DNA of 64,000 bases from Candidatus Woesearchaeota archaeon (GTDB lineage Archaea > Nanobdellota > Nanobdellia > Woesearchaeales > JAHWIC01). Shown here one piece after another: positions 1 through 9,391 of this stretch. Positions within the stretch are counted from its first letter, which is position 1. Every line of letters begins with the position of its first letter. Where the stretch lies: assembly GCA_019322805.1 (NCBI GenBank), contig JAHWIC010000002.1, forward strand, positions 2,938-66,937, in the 5' to 3' direction. The notes under the pieces were generated by a model. That model was not told the origin of the DNA. It worked only from the letters and a program-made list of their open reading frames with translations, and made no database searches. The position numbers were made by a program, and so were the translations under genes.

Positions 1-1453
1 TAGCTAGGTAAATTTTTCCTTGGTCATAGTAAGCCACGCCAAGATTATAATGAGCTTCAAAAAACCTAGGATTTATTTCTACAGCTCTTTTATATTCCTT
101 AATAGCCAAATCTATTTTCCCAAAGTCATCGTAAATGAGGCCTAGATTGTTATGGGATGATATGCTTTCTGGAGAGGTTTCCACTGTTCTTAACCATAAT
201 GTTAGTTCGTCTTTCCAATCATTATTCCTAGCGATAGTTAATGCAGAATAAGTTGTTATCATAAAGATAGAGAGTGCAATCGATGCTATTTTTGTATATC
301 TTGTAATTTGTTTATTATGTCTCAGATGGTAGAGGGAATAAATGATAGAAGAAAAAAGCAAACAAAAGCCAAAAGAAGGTATGTAAAGATACTTCTCTGC
401 CAGTAGCATATACTGTGGGATTATATGTGAAACAGGAGCCAAGCCAATAAAAAACCAACCCATGCAAAATGAAACCAAGGGATATTCCTTAAAGCACTTT
501 ACTGCAACAATCAATAAGGCAGCTATTACTGCTATTGAAAATAGTATGTCAAAATTAAAGAGCGACTGTGCAAATAACGTCTCGTCTGAGATGTATACCC
601 TAAAAGCAGATATACCTTTTGATATTGTATGGTCAACACTTAATTTTACTGGAAATATTGCCAATAAGATATATTTTACGAAAACCTTAGTCATGATAAG
701 CATTGTTATATAGAAGCTGCCAGCGAGATAGCTTCCCCTTGGAGTAGTGTGTAGGATGAATACCCTTATGAGTAGATAGAACATCAAGATTATAAAGTAA
801 GGAGAGTGTATCTTTAATTTTTCTGTTATGTTTTTTCTCTCAATTTTTCTGAAACAAATATCATATAAGACTATCAGCAAAGGAAGTGTTAGTGTGAGCT
901 CGTAAGTAAAAAAGGCTAGTATCGCAAATGTTATTGAAGCTATATTTGCTTTAAAATTGTCCTTAGTGGACTGAGCCCTTAGGTATAAGTAAAAGGAAGC
1001 TAGAAAAAATATTATTCCAATGGTATCAAAGCTGGCAGTCATAAAAGTGACTGCTTCGACATGTATTGGATGAATGCCAAATATAAGTGCAGACATAAAG
1101 GCAATGATGTTTTTCTTTGTGATGTCTGCAACAACAAAATAAACTAGTATTGTACAGATTAAATGAACTAGGATTGACTGAAAATGGTATCCTGCCCTAT
1201 TTAGACCCCATAGTTTGTAGCTTAATGCATAGAATAAGCCCCTTAGGGGTCTATAGACACCTTCATGTCTGGATGGTACGGCTCCCTTAAGCAAGAGGGG
1301 TATGTTTTTCAAACTTTTTGTTTCTTCCCAGTTTACAATAAAATCTTCATCATCCCACACAAATTGGTTCTGGAAGATGTTTATGTAAACTAGAGAAGTA
1401 AGAGTTATAATTATAAGTAAATGTAAGTGAGTTGTTTTAAGCGATATTTTCAT
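1..1453 (-). CDS. TPR-repeat membrane protein (N-terminal multi-TM domain plus C-terminal tetratricopeptide repeats; TMTC/PMT_2-like glycosyltransferase-like). The C-terminus runs off the window start.
   Basis: Open minus-strand frame from ATG (revcomp of cat at 1451-1453) to the window edge. Translation begins MKISLKTTHLHLLIIITLTSLVYINIFQNQFVWDDEDFIVNW, continues through hydrophobic segments, and ends in TPR-like AIKEYKRAVEINPRFFEAHYNLGVAYYDQGKIYLA. It is absent from the ORF track because there is no in-window stop. Confidence 0.6.
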   Translation of the reverse strand, partial: MKISLKTTHLHLLIIITLTSLVYINIFQNQFVWDDEDFIVNWEETKSLKNIPLLLKGAVPSRHEGVYRPLRGLFYALSYKLWGLNRAGYHFQSILVHLICTILVYFVVADITKKNIIAFMSALIFGIHPIHVEAVTFMTASFDTIGIIFFLASFYLYLRAQSTKDNFKANIASITFAILAFFTYELTLTLPLLIVLYDICFRKIERKNITEKLKIHSPYFIILMFYLLIRVFILHTTPRGSYLAGSFYITMLIMTKVFVKYILLAIFPVKLSVDHTISKGISAFRVYISDETLFAQSLFNFDILFSIAVIAALLIVAVKCFKEYPLVSFCMGWFFIGLAPVSHIIPQYMLLAEKYLYIPSFGFCLLFSSIIYSLYHLRHNKQITRYTKIASIALSIFMITTYSALTIARNNDWKDELTLWLRTVETSPESISSHNNLGLIYDDFGKIDLAIKEYKRAVEINPRFFEAHYNLGVAYYDQGKIYLA

Positions 1454-1549
1454 TATTTTCTTTGGTCAGGTTTCTTTATATATAAATTTTAACGTGAATA
1501 AGAGGGAATGATGGAAAGGTTTTTAAATAGTCTACTGTTTCTGGACAAC

Positions 1550-1858
1550 ATGAAATTACCAAAAACAAAGAAGAGATACTGCCCTTACTGCAAGAAACAT
1601 ACAGAGCATAAGGTTGCACAAACAAAGAAGAGAAATCCTCGTAGTATGACCTACGGCTCAAAGATCAGGGCAAGGCTGAGGGGCAAAGCAAGAGGCAAAG
1701 GCAATAGAGGAAGATATTCAAAGCCAGCTATAAGCAAGTTTAAGATGACTGGGAAAAAAACGAGTAAAAAGGCTGATTTAAGGTTTACCTGCAATGTATG
1801 CAAAAAGACCTGGGTTCAAAGCAAAGGATTTAGAGCTAAAAAGGTAGAATTCAAATGA
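1550..1858 (+). CDS. rpl44e: 50S ribosomal protein L44e
   Basis: [22 protein letters not shown]... is a C4 zinc-ribbon, K/R-rich protein typical of L44e. The start was chosen at the internal Met of ORF 1508; a TATA-like tttatatata lies ~70 nt upstream. The stop overlaps the S27e start (ATGA). Confidence 0.85.
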   Translation: MKLPKTKKRYCPYCKKHTEHKVAQTKKRNPRSMTYGSKIRARLRGKARGKGNRGRYSKPAISKFKMTGKKTSKKADLRFTCNVCKKTWVQSKGFRAKKVEFK

Positions 1859-2037
1859 AAGTAAGAGAATCCACAAGCAAGTTCATAAAAGTAAGGTGCC
1901 CAAAGTGCAAAAATGAGCAGATAATATTTGGGAAATCAAGCACAAATGTCAGCTGCTTGGTTTGCGGTAAAGTGCTTGCTGAGCCAACTGGAGGCAAAAG
2001 CAAGGTAAAGGCAAGGATTTTAGAAGTTCTGGAATAA
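1855..2037 (+). CDS. rps27e: 30S ribosomal protein S27e
   Basis: 60 aa with C4 zinc finger [29 protein letters not shown]. It sits in the conserved archaeal L44e-S27e-aIF2alpha order. Confidence 0.85.
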   Translation: MKVRESTSKFIKVRCPKCKNEQIIFGKSSTNVSCLVCGKVLAEPTGGKSKVKARILEVLE

Positions 2038-2045
2038 GTCAAAAA

Positions 2046-2822
2046 ATGCTGTTGAAAAAGAAAGAGTTTCCTGAAGAAGATGAGATTGTAATGTGCACAG
2101 TCACTAAGATACATTTCCATTCTGTTTTTGTTAATCTGGATGAATATGGTAGAACAGGGCTTATCCATATCTCTGAGGTTTCTCCAGGAAGAATAAGAAA
2201 CATAAGAGATTATGTTGTGGAAGGAAAGAAGGTAGTCTGCAAGGTTTTAAGGATTGATGAAGAAAAAGGGCACATTGATTTATCGTTGAGGAGGGTTAGT
2301 GAAGGCCAGAAAAGAAAAAAGGCAAATGAGATTAAACAAGAACAAAAGGCTGAGAAGATAATTGAGTTTGTTGCTAAAAACCTAAAGATTAATCCAGTAC
2401 AGCTTTATAATCAACTATCCGAGAAGATTCTAAAAAAGTATCCCAGTATTTACCCTGCATTTGAAGAAAGTGTCAAGAATAATAAGCTTTTGAAGGAGCT
2501 GGACATTGCTGATAAGATAGCAAAACCATTAACCGAATCTATAAAACAAAGGATTAAGGAGGCAGAGGTGCAGATTGGAGGAGAGCTTACTCTTATTAGT
2601 TACGCTTCTAATGGCATTGAAATTATCAAAGAAGCATTAAAAAAAGCATCTGATGTCGACAAAAGCATAAGTATAAGCTATGAAGGCGGCGGAAAATACA
2701 AGATAATGGTTAAGGCCCCTGATTACAAAAAGGCTGAGAAGATGCTCGATGCTGCTACTAAGAATGCTCTAAAGTTTGTAAACAAACATGACAGCGAAGG
2801 AAGCTTTGTCAGGGCAGAATGA
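2046..2822 (+). CDS. eif2a: Translation initiation factor 2 alpha subunit (aIF2-alpha)
   Basis: S1-domain motif GLIHISEVSPGRIRNIRDYVVEGKKVVCKVLRID and length/architecture of aIF2alpha. It lies between S27e and Nop10. Confidence 0.85.
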   Translation: MLLKKKEFPEEDEIVMCTVTKIHFHSVFVNLDEYGRTGLIHISEVSPGRIRNIRDYVVEGKKVVCKVLRIDEEKGHIDLSLRRVSEGQKRKKANEIKQEQKAEKIIEFVAKNLKINPVQLYNQLSEKILKKYPSIYPAFEESVKNNKLLKELDIADKIAKPLTESIKQRIKEAEVQIGGELTLISYASNGIEIIKEALKKASDVDKSISISYEGGGKYKIMVKAPDYKKAEKMLDAATKNALKFVNKHDSEGSFVRAE

Positions 2823-2995
2823 GACATATATTAAAGTGCATTGACTGCAAGACCTACACTATGAGGAAGAAATGTCCCAGCTGTGATAAAGGAACTGTAT
2901 CATCAAAGCCGGCAAAGTTCAGCCCAAAAGATCCTTATGGTGATTATAGAAGAAAGGCAAAGAAGGAATCGCTAATAAAAGAGGGGTTATTATGA
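2819..2995 (+). CDS. nop10: H/ACA ribonucleoprotein subunit Nop10
   Basis: Unlisted 58-aa ORF MRHILKCIDCKTYTMRKKCPSCDKGTVSSKPAKFSPKDPYGDYRRKAKKESLIKEGLL. The Cys4 ribbon plus FSP.DPYG.YRR motif is diagnostic of Nop10. The ATG overlaps the aIF2alpha stop and the stop overlaps the PAC2 start (ATGA couplings). The aIF2alpha-Nop10 neighbourhood is conserved in archaea. Confidence 0.8.
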   Translation: MRHILKCIDCKTYTMRKKCPSCDKGTVSSKPAKFSPKDPYGDYRRKAKKESLIKEGLL

Positions 2996-3786
2996 GCACG
3001 TGGAAGTTTGAGCAGGTTGGGACTAAACCAAAATTAAGGAATCCAATTCTTGTAGAGGGGTTGCCAGGCATTGGAAATGTTGGCAAGGTTGCTGTTGACT
3101 TTTTAATAGACGAGCTAAAGGCAAAGAAGATTTATGATATCAGTTCATATACATTTCCCCATTCTGTTTTTGTTAACGAAAAAAACCTTGTTGAGCTGCC
3201 TAAGATAGAGGTGTTTTACAAAAAGTTTGGAAATAAAAAGAATGACATATTATTCCTTGCAGGAGACATACAGCCTATTGATGAAGTAAGCTCATATGAG
3301 TTCTCTGACAAGATGCTTGACTTGCTTGAGAAATTCGGCGGGAAAGAGGTTATAACCCTCGGAGGAATTGGCTTATCTGATGTGCCTAAGCAGCCAAAGC
3401 TGTTTTGTACAGGGAATTCTAAACAGATAATTGAAAAATATAAGAATGGAGCTAATGAGAAGCTTTACGGTGTTGTTGGCCCTATTGTAGGCGTTACTGG
3501 ATTGTTGGTAGGCATGGCTTCAAAAAGGAAGATGAATGCAATTGCATTCCTGGCTGAAACTTATGGCCATCCGATGTATCTGGGCATAAAAGGAGCAAGA
3601 GAGATACTTAAGATACTTAATAAGAACCTTAATCTTAAAATTAATATCAAAAAGCTCGACGAGGAAATCAAGGAAGTTGAGACAGAGATTGTTAAAAGAA
3701 GCGGTGAGCTGGCAAAGGTTGCCAAGCAGACTGCATTGAAGAAACTGCAGAGTAAAATCGGGAAGGAAACGAGTTATATTGGATAA
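2992..3786 (+). CDS. PAC2-family proteasome assembly chaperone-like protein (archaeal PbaA/PbaB-like)
   Basis: LVEGLPGIGNVGKVAVDFLI motif typical of PAC2/DUF75. This family is conserved immediately downstream of Nop10 in archaea. Confidence 0.6.
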   Translation: MSTWKFEQVGTKPKLRNPILVEGLPGIGNVGKVAVDFLIDELKAKKIYDISSYTFPHSVFVNEKNLVELPKIEVFYKKFGNKKNDILFLAGDIQPIDEVSSYEFSDKMLDLLEKFGGKEVITLGGIGLSDVPKQPKLFCTGNSKQIIEKYKNGANEKLYGVVGPIVGVTGLLVGMASKRKMNAIAFLAETYGHPMYLGIKGAREILKILNKNLNLKINIKKLDEEIKEVETEIVKRSGELAKVAKQTALKKLQSKIGKETSYIG

Positions 3787-4035
3787 TCAATTTTAAAAGA
3801 TATCATTATCAAAAATATCAATAGAAAGAAAATAATTCTGAGTTTTGCTTTCTTCCTTTGTTTAAAGCAAAACTCGTCTTATTCTATTTCTTAAAGAACC
3901 AGAATAAGATGAAAATTCCCTTATCCTAGTTGTGAAAGGAATTTTCGGAATTAATTGTTATTAAATGATGATTTAATGTTGATAAAAAGAAACAAGCGCA
4001 CAACTAGTTGTGATTCCTGAAAGTGCGCCCAATGA
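3787..4035 (+). repeat. Structured intergenic repeat, copy 1. It begins at the PAC2 stop codon.
   Basis: Hairpin 1 spans 3840-3875: gagttttgcttt/aaagcaaaactc, 12 bp. Hairpin 2 spans 3911-3946: gaaaattcc.../...ggaattttc. The conserved tail is gttgtgaaaggaatt..attgttattaaat ... acaactagtt..ctgaaagt. It is ~85% identical to copy 2 (28400-28645) and related to copies 3 and 4. Confidence 0.8.
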
Positions 4036-4074
4036 TTATTAATATCGATGAAAACAACTGCAAAATAACAAAAT

Positions 4075-4084
4075 TTATATAAAC
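4075..4084 (+). promoter_or_regulatory. TATA-box-like element upstream of enolase
   Basis: tttatataaa lies ~40 nt upstream of ATG 4123, and a gaggt RBS-like motif sits at 4112-4116. Confidence 0.35.
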
Positions 4085-4122
4085 CCTAAATCTAAAAATC
4101 CCTTATAAAAGAGGTTGATACT

Positions 4123-5400
4123 ATGGACTATACTATCAAAAAGATAAAGGCAAGAGAGATACTTGATTCCAGAGGGAATCCTACTGTTGAGGCTGATATT
4201 CTTACAACATTTGGGATTGCCAGAGCTGCTGTTCCATCCGGTGCATCAACTGGTGTTCATGAGGCTCTTGAGCTTCGTGACGGCGGCAAAAGGTTTGGCG
4301 GGAAGGGTGTTCTTAAGGCTGTCGATAATGTGAATAAGGTTATTGCGAAGAAATTAGTTGGGGCTGATTGCAGAGAGCAGGAAAAAATAGACAAAATAAT
4401 GCTGGAGCTCGACGGTACTGATAATAAATCAGGGCTTGGAGCAAATGCAATCCTTGCTGTTTCGATGGCTTGCTGCAAAGCTGGCGCTGTACTGCAGGAT
4501 ATTCCTTTGTATCAATGGCTCAAGGAGTTGAGCAAAAACAAGAAATATGTCATGCCTGTGCCTTGCATGAATGTTATTAATGGAGGTGTTCATGCTGGAA
4601 ACAAGCTTGATGTGCAGGAATTCATGCTTTTTCCAGTAGGGGCAAAGTCGTTCAGCCAAGCGCTGCAGTTTGGAGCTGAGGTGTATCATACACTAAAATC
4701 AACTATAAAAAAGAAGTACGGCATTAACGCTGTTAATGTTGGGGATGAAGGTGGATTTGCGCCGCCAGTAGCTAAGATTGACGAGCCCATGGGGCTGCTT
4801 CTTGACGCTATTGACCGCGCAGGCCATAAAGGAAAAGTAGAGATCGGGATTGACGCTGCTGCCTCAGAATTTTTCAAAAATGGAAAGTATTTTCTTGAAG
4901 GAAAAAAGCTTTCTACTGCCCAATTAGCCTCAAGATATGAAGAACTTGTGAAGAAATATCCCTTAGTTAGTATTGAGGACCCTTTTTGTGAAGAGGATTT
5001 TGAAGATTTCGCATTATTGAATAAGAAGATCGGAAAAAAGGTGCAGATTGTTGGGGATGATCTGCTTGTTACCAACCCAAAGCGTGTTAAAAAAGCTATA
5101 GGAAATAAGGCATGCAATGCGCTTCTTCTAAAGGTTAACCAGATCGGAAGCATTACAGAAGCAATAGAAGCTGCAAGGCTTGCTCAAAGTGATGGCTGGG
5201 GTGTTATGGTAAGCCATCGCAGCGGAGAAACAGAGGACAGCTTTATTGCGGACCTTGTTGTTGGCTTGGGAACAGGTGAGATTAAGTCAGGAGCTCCTTG
5301 CAGGAGTGAGAGGCTTGCTAAATACAACCAATTATTGAGAATAGAAGAGGAACTTGGAAACCAAGCAAAGTATGCTGGAAAAAACTTCAGAAAACCATGA
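4123..5400 (+). CDS. eno: Enolase (phosphopyruvate hydratase)
   Basis: [26 protein letters not shown]... with full-length enolase signatures. Confidence 0.95.
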   Translation: MDYTIKKIKAREILDSRGNPTVEADILTTFGIARAAVPSGASTGVHEALELRDGGKRFGGKGVLKAVDNVNKVIAKKLVGADCREQEKIDKIMLELDGTDNKSGLGANAILAVSMACCKAGAVLQDIPLYQWLKELSKNKKYVMPVPCMNVINGGVHAGNKLDVQEFMLFPVGAKSFSQALQFGAEVYHTLKSTIKKKYGINAVNVGDEGGFAPPVAKIDEPMGLLLDAIDRAGHKGKVEIGIDAAASEFFKNGKYFLEGKKLSTAQLASRYEELVKKYPLVSIEDPFCEEDFEDFALLNKKIGKKVQIVGDDLLVTNPKRVKKAIGNKACNALLLKVNQIGSITEAIEAARLAQSDGWGVMVSHRSGETEDSFIADLVVGLGTGEIKSGAPCRSERLAKYNQLLRIEEELGNQAKYAGKNFRKP

Positions 5401-5972
5401 AACTGCATATCTATATCTTCAGGCACGGAGAAACCTACTGGAATAAAAATAAGATATTCTGCGGCTGGAGAGATTCAAAACTTACGCCTAACGGCGTTAA
5501 ACAGGCCAGAGCTCTTGCAAAGCGATTAAAGGGTAAAAAATTTCAAGCAGCTTATTACACCCGGCTCACAAGATCTAAACAGACCTTAAAAGAGGTTCTT
5601 AAATATCATCCAGAATGCAAAAAGCTAATCAAAGATGACAGAATCATTGAAAGACGCTATGGAAGACTGCAGGGCAAAAAGCATGCTACAATTATCAGGA
5701 AAGTAGGGAAAAAACAGTATGATATATGGCATAGAAGCTATGCTGTCCCTCCACCAGGCGGCGAGAGTGTAAAGATGGTTGAAAAAAGGGTCTATCCATT
5801 TGTTAAAGACCTGATCAAGATGATGAAGAAAGAAAAGGTAAATGTAGCTGTATCTGCCCATAACAACTCAATGAGGCCTTTCAGGAAATATTTTGAGAAG
5901 CTAACAGTCAAGCAGATGATGAAGCTTGAGAACCCCTGGGATAATTATTTTGAGTATACTATAGAAGTATAA
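5397..5972 (+). CDS. Histidine-phosphatase family phosphoglycerate mutase (2,3-BPG-dependent PGM-like)
   Basis: [32 protein letters not shown] matches the dPGM RHGE.EWN...GW.D..L...G N-terminal signature. The ATGA overlap with the enolase stop suggests co-translation. Confidence 0.75.
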   Translation: MKLHIYIFRHGETYWNKNKIFCGWRDSKLTPNGVKQARALAKRLKGKKFQAAYYTRLTRSKQTLKEVLKYHPECKKLIKDDRIIERRYGRLQGKKHATIIRKVGKKQYDIWHRSYAVPPPGGESVKMVEKRVYPFVKDLIKMMKKEKVNVAVSAHNNSMRPFRKYFEKLTVKQMMKLENPWDNYFEYTIEV

Positions 5973-6028
5973 AAAATAACAAAATCTTTATATATCATAT
6001 ATCCAAAGTTTCTTTTGGGTGGTTTTAC

Positions 6029-7120
6029 GTGCACAAAAAACTGTTTATACCTGGACCTGTGGAAGTTAAGGAAGATATTCTTAAGGCTATGAGTACGCCT
6101 ATGATAGGTCATAGAACAGAGGAGTATAAGGAATTGATGGGCTTTCTGAAAGAACCTTTGCAGAAACTGATGTATACAAAGAATGATGTTCTTATATCAA
6201 CTTCTTCAGGCTCTGGATTTATGGAAGGGGGGATAAGGAATTGTGTCAGTAAAAAGGTTCTTAACTGCGTTAATGGAGCTTTTTCAAAGAAATGGGCTGA
6301 TATTGCTGTTGGTTGTGCAAAGCAAAATGAAGTGATAAAAGTAGACTGGGGCAAGGCAATAAAGCCGGATATGGTTGACGAAAAACTTGCTACCGGTGAC
6401 TTTGATGCTATTTGTGTGACTCATAATGAAACATCAACTGGTGTAATGAACAATCTTGAAGAGCTCTCTGAGGTTATTAAGAAGTATCCTGATATCATCT
6501 GGATGGTTGATTGTGTTAGTTCTCTTGCCGGCGTTAAGATTGATGTTGATAAGCTTGGAATTGATATCTGCCTGGCAAGCTCTCAAAAAGCGCTCGCTTT
6601 GCCGCCTGGAATAGCAGTTGCAAGCATTAGTGAGAAGGCATATAAAAAAGCAGAAACTGTGGACGGCAGAGGATATTATTTTGATTTTCTTGGTTTGAAA
6701 AAGTCTTATGACAAAGATCAAACACCTTATACACCGTCGATAAGTCATTTGTATGCATTAAAGCTGCAGCTAGGGAATATAATGAAAGAAAGAATAGAGA
6801 ATAGATTTGAGCGGCACAAGCAGATGGCAGAGCTTACCAGAAAATGGGCTAAGGATAATTTTGAGATGTTTTCTGAGGAAGGCTATCAGTCCAACACTGT
6901 TTCCTGCATAAAAAACACAAAAGGCATTGATTTTGATAAAGTTAAGGAAGAGATGGGGAAAAGGGGTTTTGGTATAGATGCAGGGTATAGGAAGTTAAAT
7001 GCGAAATTAAAGGAAGAAGGAAAACCATTGACATTTAGAATAGCGCATATGGGAGATTTAAGCGTCGATGAGGTTAAGGAATTGTTAGATAATATTGACA
7101 GTGTAATAAAGGGGATGTAA
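6029..7120 (+). CDS. Class-V pyridoxal-phosphate aminotransferase (serine-pyruvate/serine-glyoxylate or phosphoserine aminotransferase-like)
   Basis: GTG start. LFIPGPVEV...GHRTEEY N-terminus and length match the AGT/SerC-like class V fold. Confidence 0.7.
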   Translation: MHKKLFIPGPVEVKEDILKAMSTPMIGHRTEEYKELMGFLKEPLQKLMYTKNDVLISTSSGSGFMEGGIRNCVSKKVLNCVNGAFSKKWADIAVGCAKQNEVIKVDWGKAIKPDMVDEKLATGDFDAICVTHNETSTGVMNNLEELSEVIKKYPDIIWMVDCVSSLAGVKIDVDKLGIDICLASSQKALALPPGIAVASISEKAYKKAETVDGRGYYFDFLGLKKSYDKDQTPYTPSISHLYALKLQLGNIMKERIENRFERHKQMAELTRKWAKDNFEMFSEEGYQSNTVSCIKNTKGIDFDKVKEEMGKRGFGIDAGYRKLNAKLKEEGKPLTFRIAHMGDLSVDEVKELLDNIDSVIKGM

Positions 7121-7122
7121 AA

Positions 7123-8076
7123 ATGAAGGTTCTATTAGCTGATAAGATATCCAAGGCTGCTGTTGATATCTTTGAAAAAGCTGGTATTGAGGTCGACAAT
7201 AAACCCGGTTTAAGTGAAGATGAGCTTGCAGCCATTATATCAGAATATGATGCTATGGTTGTAAGAAGCGGCGTCAAAGTCACTGCTAAGATACTCGAAG
7301 CTGGAAAAAAGCTTAAGGTTGTTGGAAGAGCAGGAGTTGGAACAGATAATATAGATAAAGAAACTGCTGCAAAATTAGGTATTGCAGTAGAGAATACTCC
7401 TCTTGGTAATGTAAATGCAGCTGCTGAGCATACTTTAACTATGTTAATGATGCTTGCTAAGCATGTCATCCATGGCACTGAATCATTAAAGAAAGGGGAA
7501 TGGGAACGGAAGAAATACAAAGGAATTGAATTAAAAGGAAAGACTCTCGGAATTGTAGGTATAGGGAATGTTGGCAAGAAGGTTGCAAAGGTTGCGCTTG
7601 CATTAGAGATGGATGTTATTGGTTATGATCCTTTTGTAGACGAGAAAACCTCAAAATCAATGGGAATCAAGAAGGTCGAGCTTGATAAATTGATAAAAGG
7701 TTCTGATTTTATAACAGTGCATGTGCCATTAAATGATAAAACCAAGGATATGATTGGAAAAAAGCAGTTTGCTCAAATGAAAGATAGTGTCAGAATCCTT
7801 AATGTAGCCAGGGGCGGAGTGATAAATGAGAAAGAGCTGCTTGATGCGCTTAATTCAGGCAAAGTAGCTGCTGCAGCAATTGACGTCTGGGAGCAAGAGC
7901 CGCCAACTCTAAGAGAGCTTGTTGAGTCGCCAAAGGTTATTGCAACTCCTCATTTAGGTGCATCGACTGCAGAAGCACAGGAGAATGTTGCTGTTGATGT
8001 TTCTAATCAGATAGTTGATGCTTTGAAGAAGGGGAAGATTGTTAATGTTGTGAATGGAGTCAAGGAACTGAGATAA
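7123..8076 (+). CDS. D-isomer-specific 2-hydroxyacid dehydrogenase (phosphoglycerate dehydrogenase/hydroxypyruvate reductase-like)
   Basis: Rossmann motif GIVGIGNVGKKVAKVALALEMDVIGYDP and a catalytic-domain pattern. 317 aa with no ACT domain. Confidence 0.75.
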   Translation: MKVLLADKISKAAVDIFEKAGIEVDNKPGLSEDELAAIISEYDAMVVRSGVKVTAKILEAGKKLKVVGRAGVGTDNIDKETAAKLGIAVENTPLGNVNAAAEHTLTMLMMLAKHVIHGTESLKKGEWERKKYKGIELKGKTLGIVGIGNVGKKVAKVALALEMDVIGYDPFVDEKTSKSMGIKKVELDKLIKGSDFITVHVPLNDKTKDMIGKKQFAQMKDSVRILNVARGGVINEKELLDALNSGKVAAAAIDVWEQEPPTLRELVESPKVIATPHLGASTAEAQENVAVDVSNQIVDALKKGKIVNVVNGVKELR

Positions 8077-8092
8077 AGATATTATGTTCATG

Positions 8093-9379
8093 TTAATGCA
8101 ATGGCAACTGATCTTGCTCTTTTCTCAACTTCACTATTAAACTATCAGAAACATCAACCATATCATATGTAATTGGAGTATCTTTAGGAATTTTTTTCTT
8201 TACTGTTGCAAATCCTACTAATCCGATAGGCAATAGGCTTTCTTTTGCTGTTATATCTGCTCTTTCAACTACCCCGTAACAATCATATCCTCCTATTCCA
8301 TCAAGTTTTTGTCCAGGTTTTAAGTCCCTCTTTGCAATAGCAACCGCATCAACATATCTTCCTTTAGGAGAAAGTGTAGGAATGTTAAATAAATCCACTT
8401 CTGCAATAGTGGATGGTGTTTCTATGCTGCATAAATGGTGGTCCCTAAAGAACAGATAATGAGGGCCTTCTCCTTTCTTTAGAAGTTTCATATCTGCCTT
8501 GAGCCTTGGATCTTCACTGCATGCAATTATGAAAACAGGACCGCCTTGATTTGGTTCGCATGTCCCTAATGTATACTCTATATGGCCCCCTTTAAGTGAT
8601 TTTAAATTAACTAAATCATCGAATGTCTTAATCAAATCTTTTTTTAAAGTTCTTGGACCATACATCCCTCTCTTCAAAGGATGGTAACCAAAAGCATTTC
8701 CTACAACAGCTAATTCAAAGGATTGTTTTGTACCGTCTGTATAAGAGCATATCTTAAATGCATCCTGTCCTTTTGGAACAAAGGGTTTAACGCCTAAGGG
8801 TGTTTGATACATATCAAAAAATTCTTTACAGTTTCCAACAATCCTTGGCTCAAATCCCCAAGCAATAACCTCATTTAGCATTCTAGCTAAACATCCTGGT
8901 TGATCTCCATCTGAATTTGAATATACAATGCCTTTTTCAGCTGCAAGATTAGCTAGTCTTAACCCTATTGTTGCGTCCATCTCAGAATTTATAGTGACAA
9001 AATGAATTCCTGCTTCAATTGAGTCCAGGGCTGCTTTTGCACCAGCAAGAATATTTCCTGTAGCTTCGAAAATTACATCAATACCCTTTAGTTCCTTGAT
9101 TAACTCAAAATCAGAAAAAGCAATATATTTTGCAGAATTTTGAGCAAGGCTTAGTTCTTTAGAATTATGAACTACTGCTATATCATTTTTATTTATACCC
9201 ATTTCAAGAAAAGCTGCAACTGCCTTCTCAATAGTTCTATTAATCAGAACTTTAGGGAGCATACCTGGAATTCTATGTAATTCTTTTGCTACTCCGCTCC
9301 CATACCACCCGCAACCAACAATAGCAACATTGATTGGTTTTTCTCTTTCTTTTAATTTTTGAGTAATCAGTTTATACAT
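8093..9379 (-). CDS. NAD(P)-binding oxidoreductase with C-terminal SAF domain (COG4091-like 'predicted homoserine dehydrogenase')
   Basis: N-terminal VAIVGCGWYGSGVAKEL Rossmann motif. Family and size match COG4091 proteins commonly found in sugar-modification loci. Confidence 0.5.
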   Translation of the reverse strand: MYKLITQKLKEREKPINVAIVGCGWYGSGVAKELHRIPGMLPKVLINRTIEKAVAAFLEMGINKNDIAVVHNSKELSLAQNSAKYIAFSDFELIKELKGIDVIFEATGNILAGAKAALDSIEAGIHFVTINSEMDATIGLRLANLAAEKGIVYSNSDGDQPGCLARMLNEVIAWGFEPRIVGNCKEFFDMYQTPLGVKPFVPKGQDAFKICSYTDGTKQSFELAVVGNAFGYHPLKRGMYGPRTLKKDLIKTFDDLVNLKSLKGGHIEYTLGTCEPNQGGPVFIIACSEDPRLKADMKLLKKGEGPHYLFFRDHHLCSIETPSTIAEVDLFNIPTLSPKGRYVDAVAIAKRDLKPGQKLDGIGGYDCYGVVERADITAKESLLPIGLVGFATVKKKIPKDTPITYDMVDVSDSLIVKLRKEQDQLPLH

Positions 9380-9391
9380 TTTTAATTTTCT

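Noticed and set aside
462-713. 83-aa plus-strand ORF
   Set aside because: It lies antisense within the long minus-strand TPR/membrane protein gene (1..1453).
3955-4030. C/D-box sRNA interpretation of repeat copy 1 (aaATGATGAtt ... CTGAaagt)
   Set aside because: C-box and D-box-like motifs exist in copy 1, but the ATGATGA box is not conserved in copies 2-4 and no guide-like complementarity to rRNA was seen, so it was not called as a C/D sRNA.
4257-5426. Antisense ORFs within enolase (4257..4478, 4429..4689, 4686..5153, 5184..5426)
   Set aside because: They lie opposite a high-confidence conserved enzyme gene, a typical antisense artefact.
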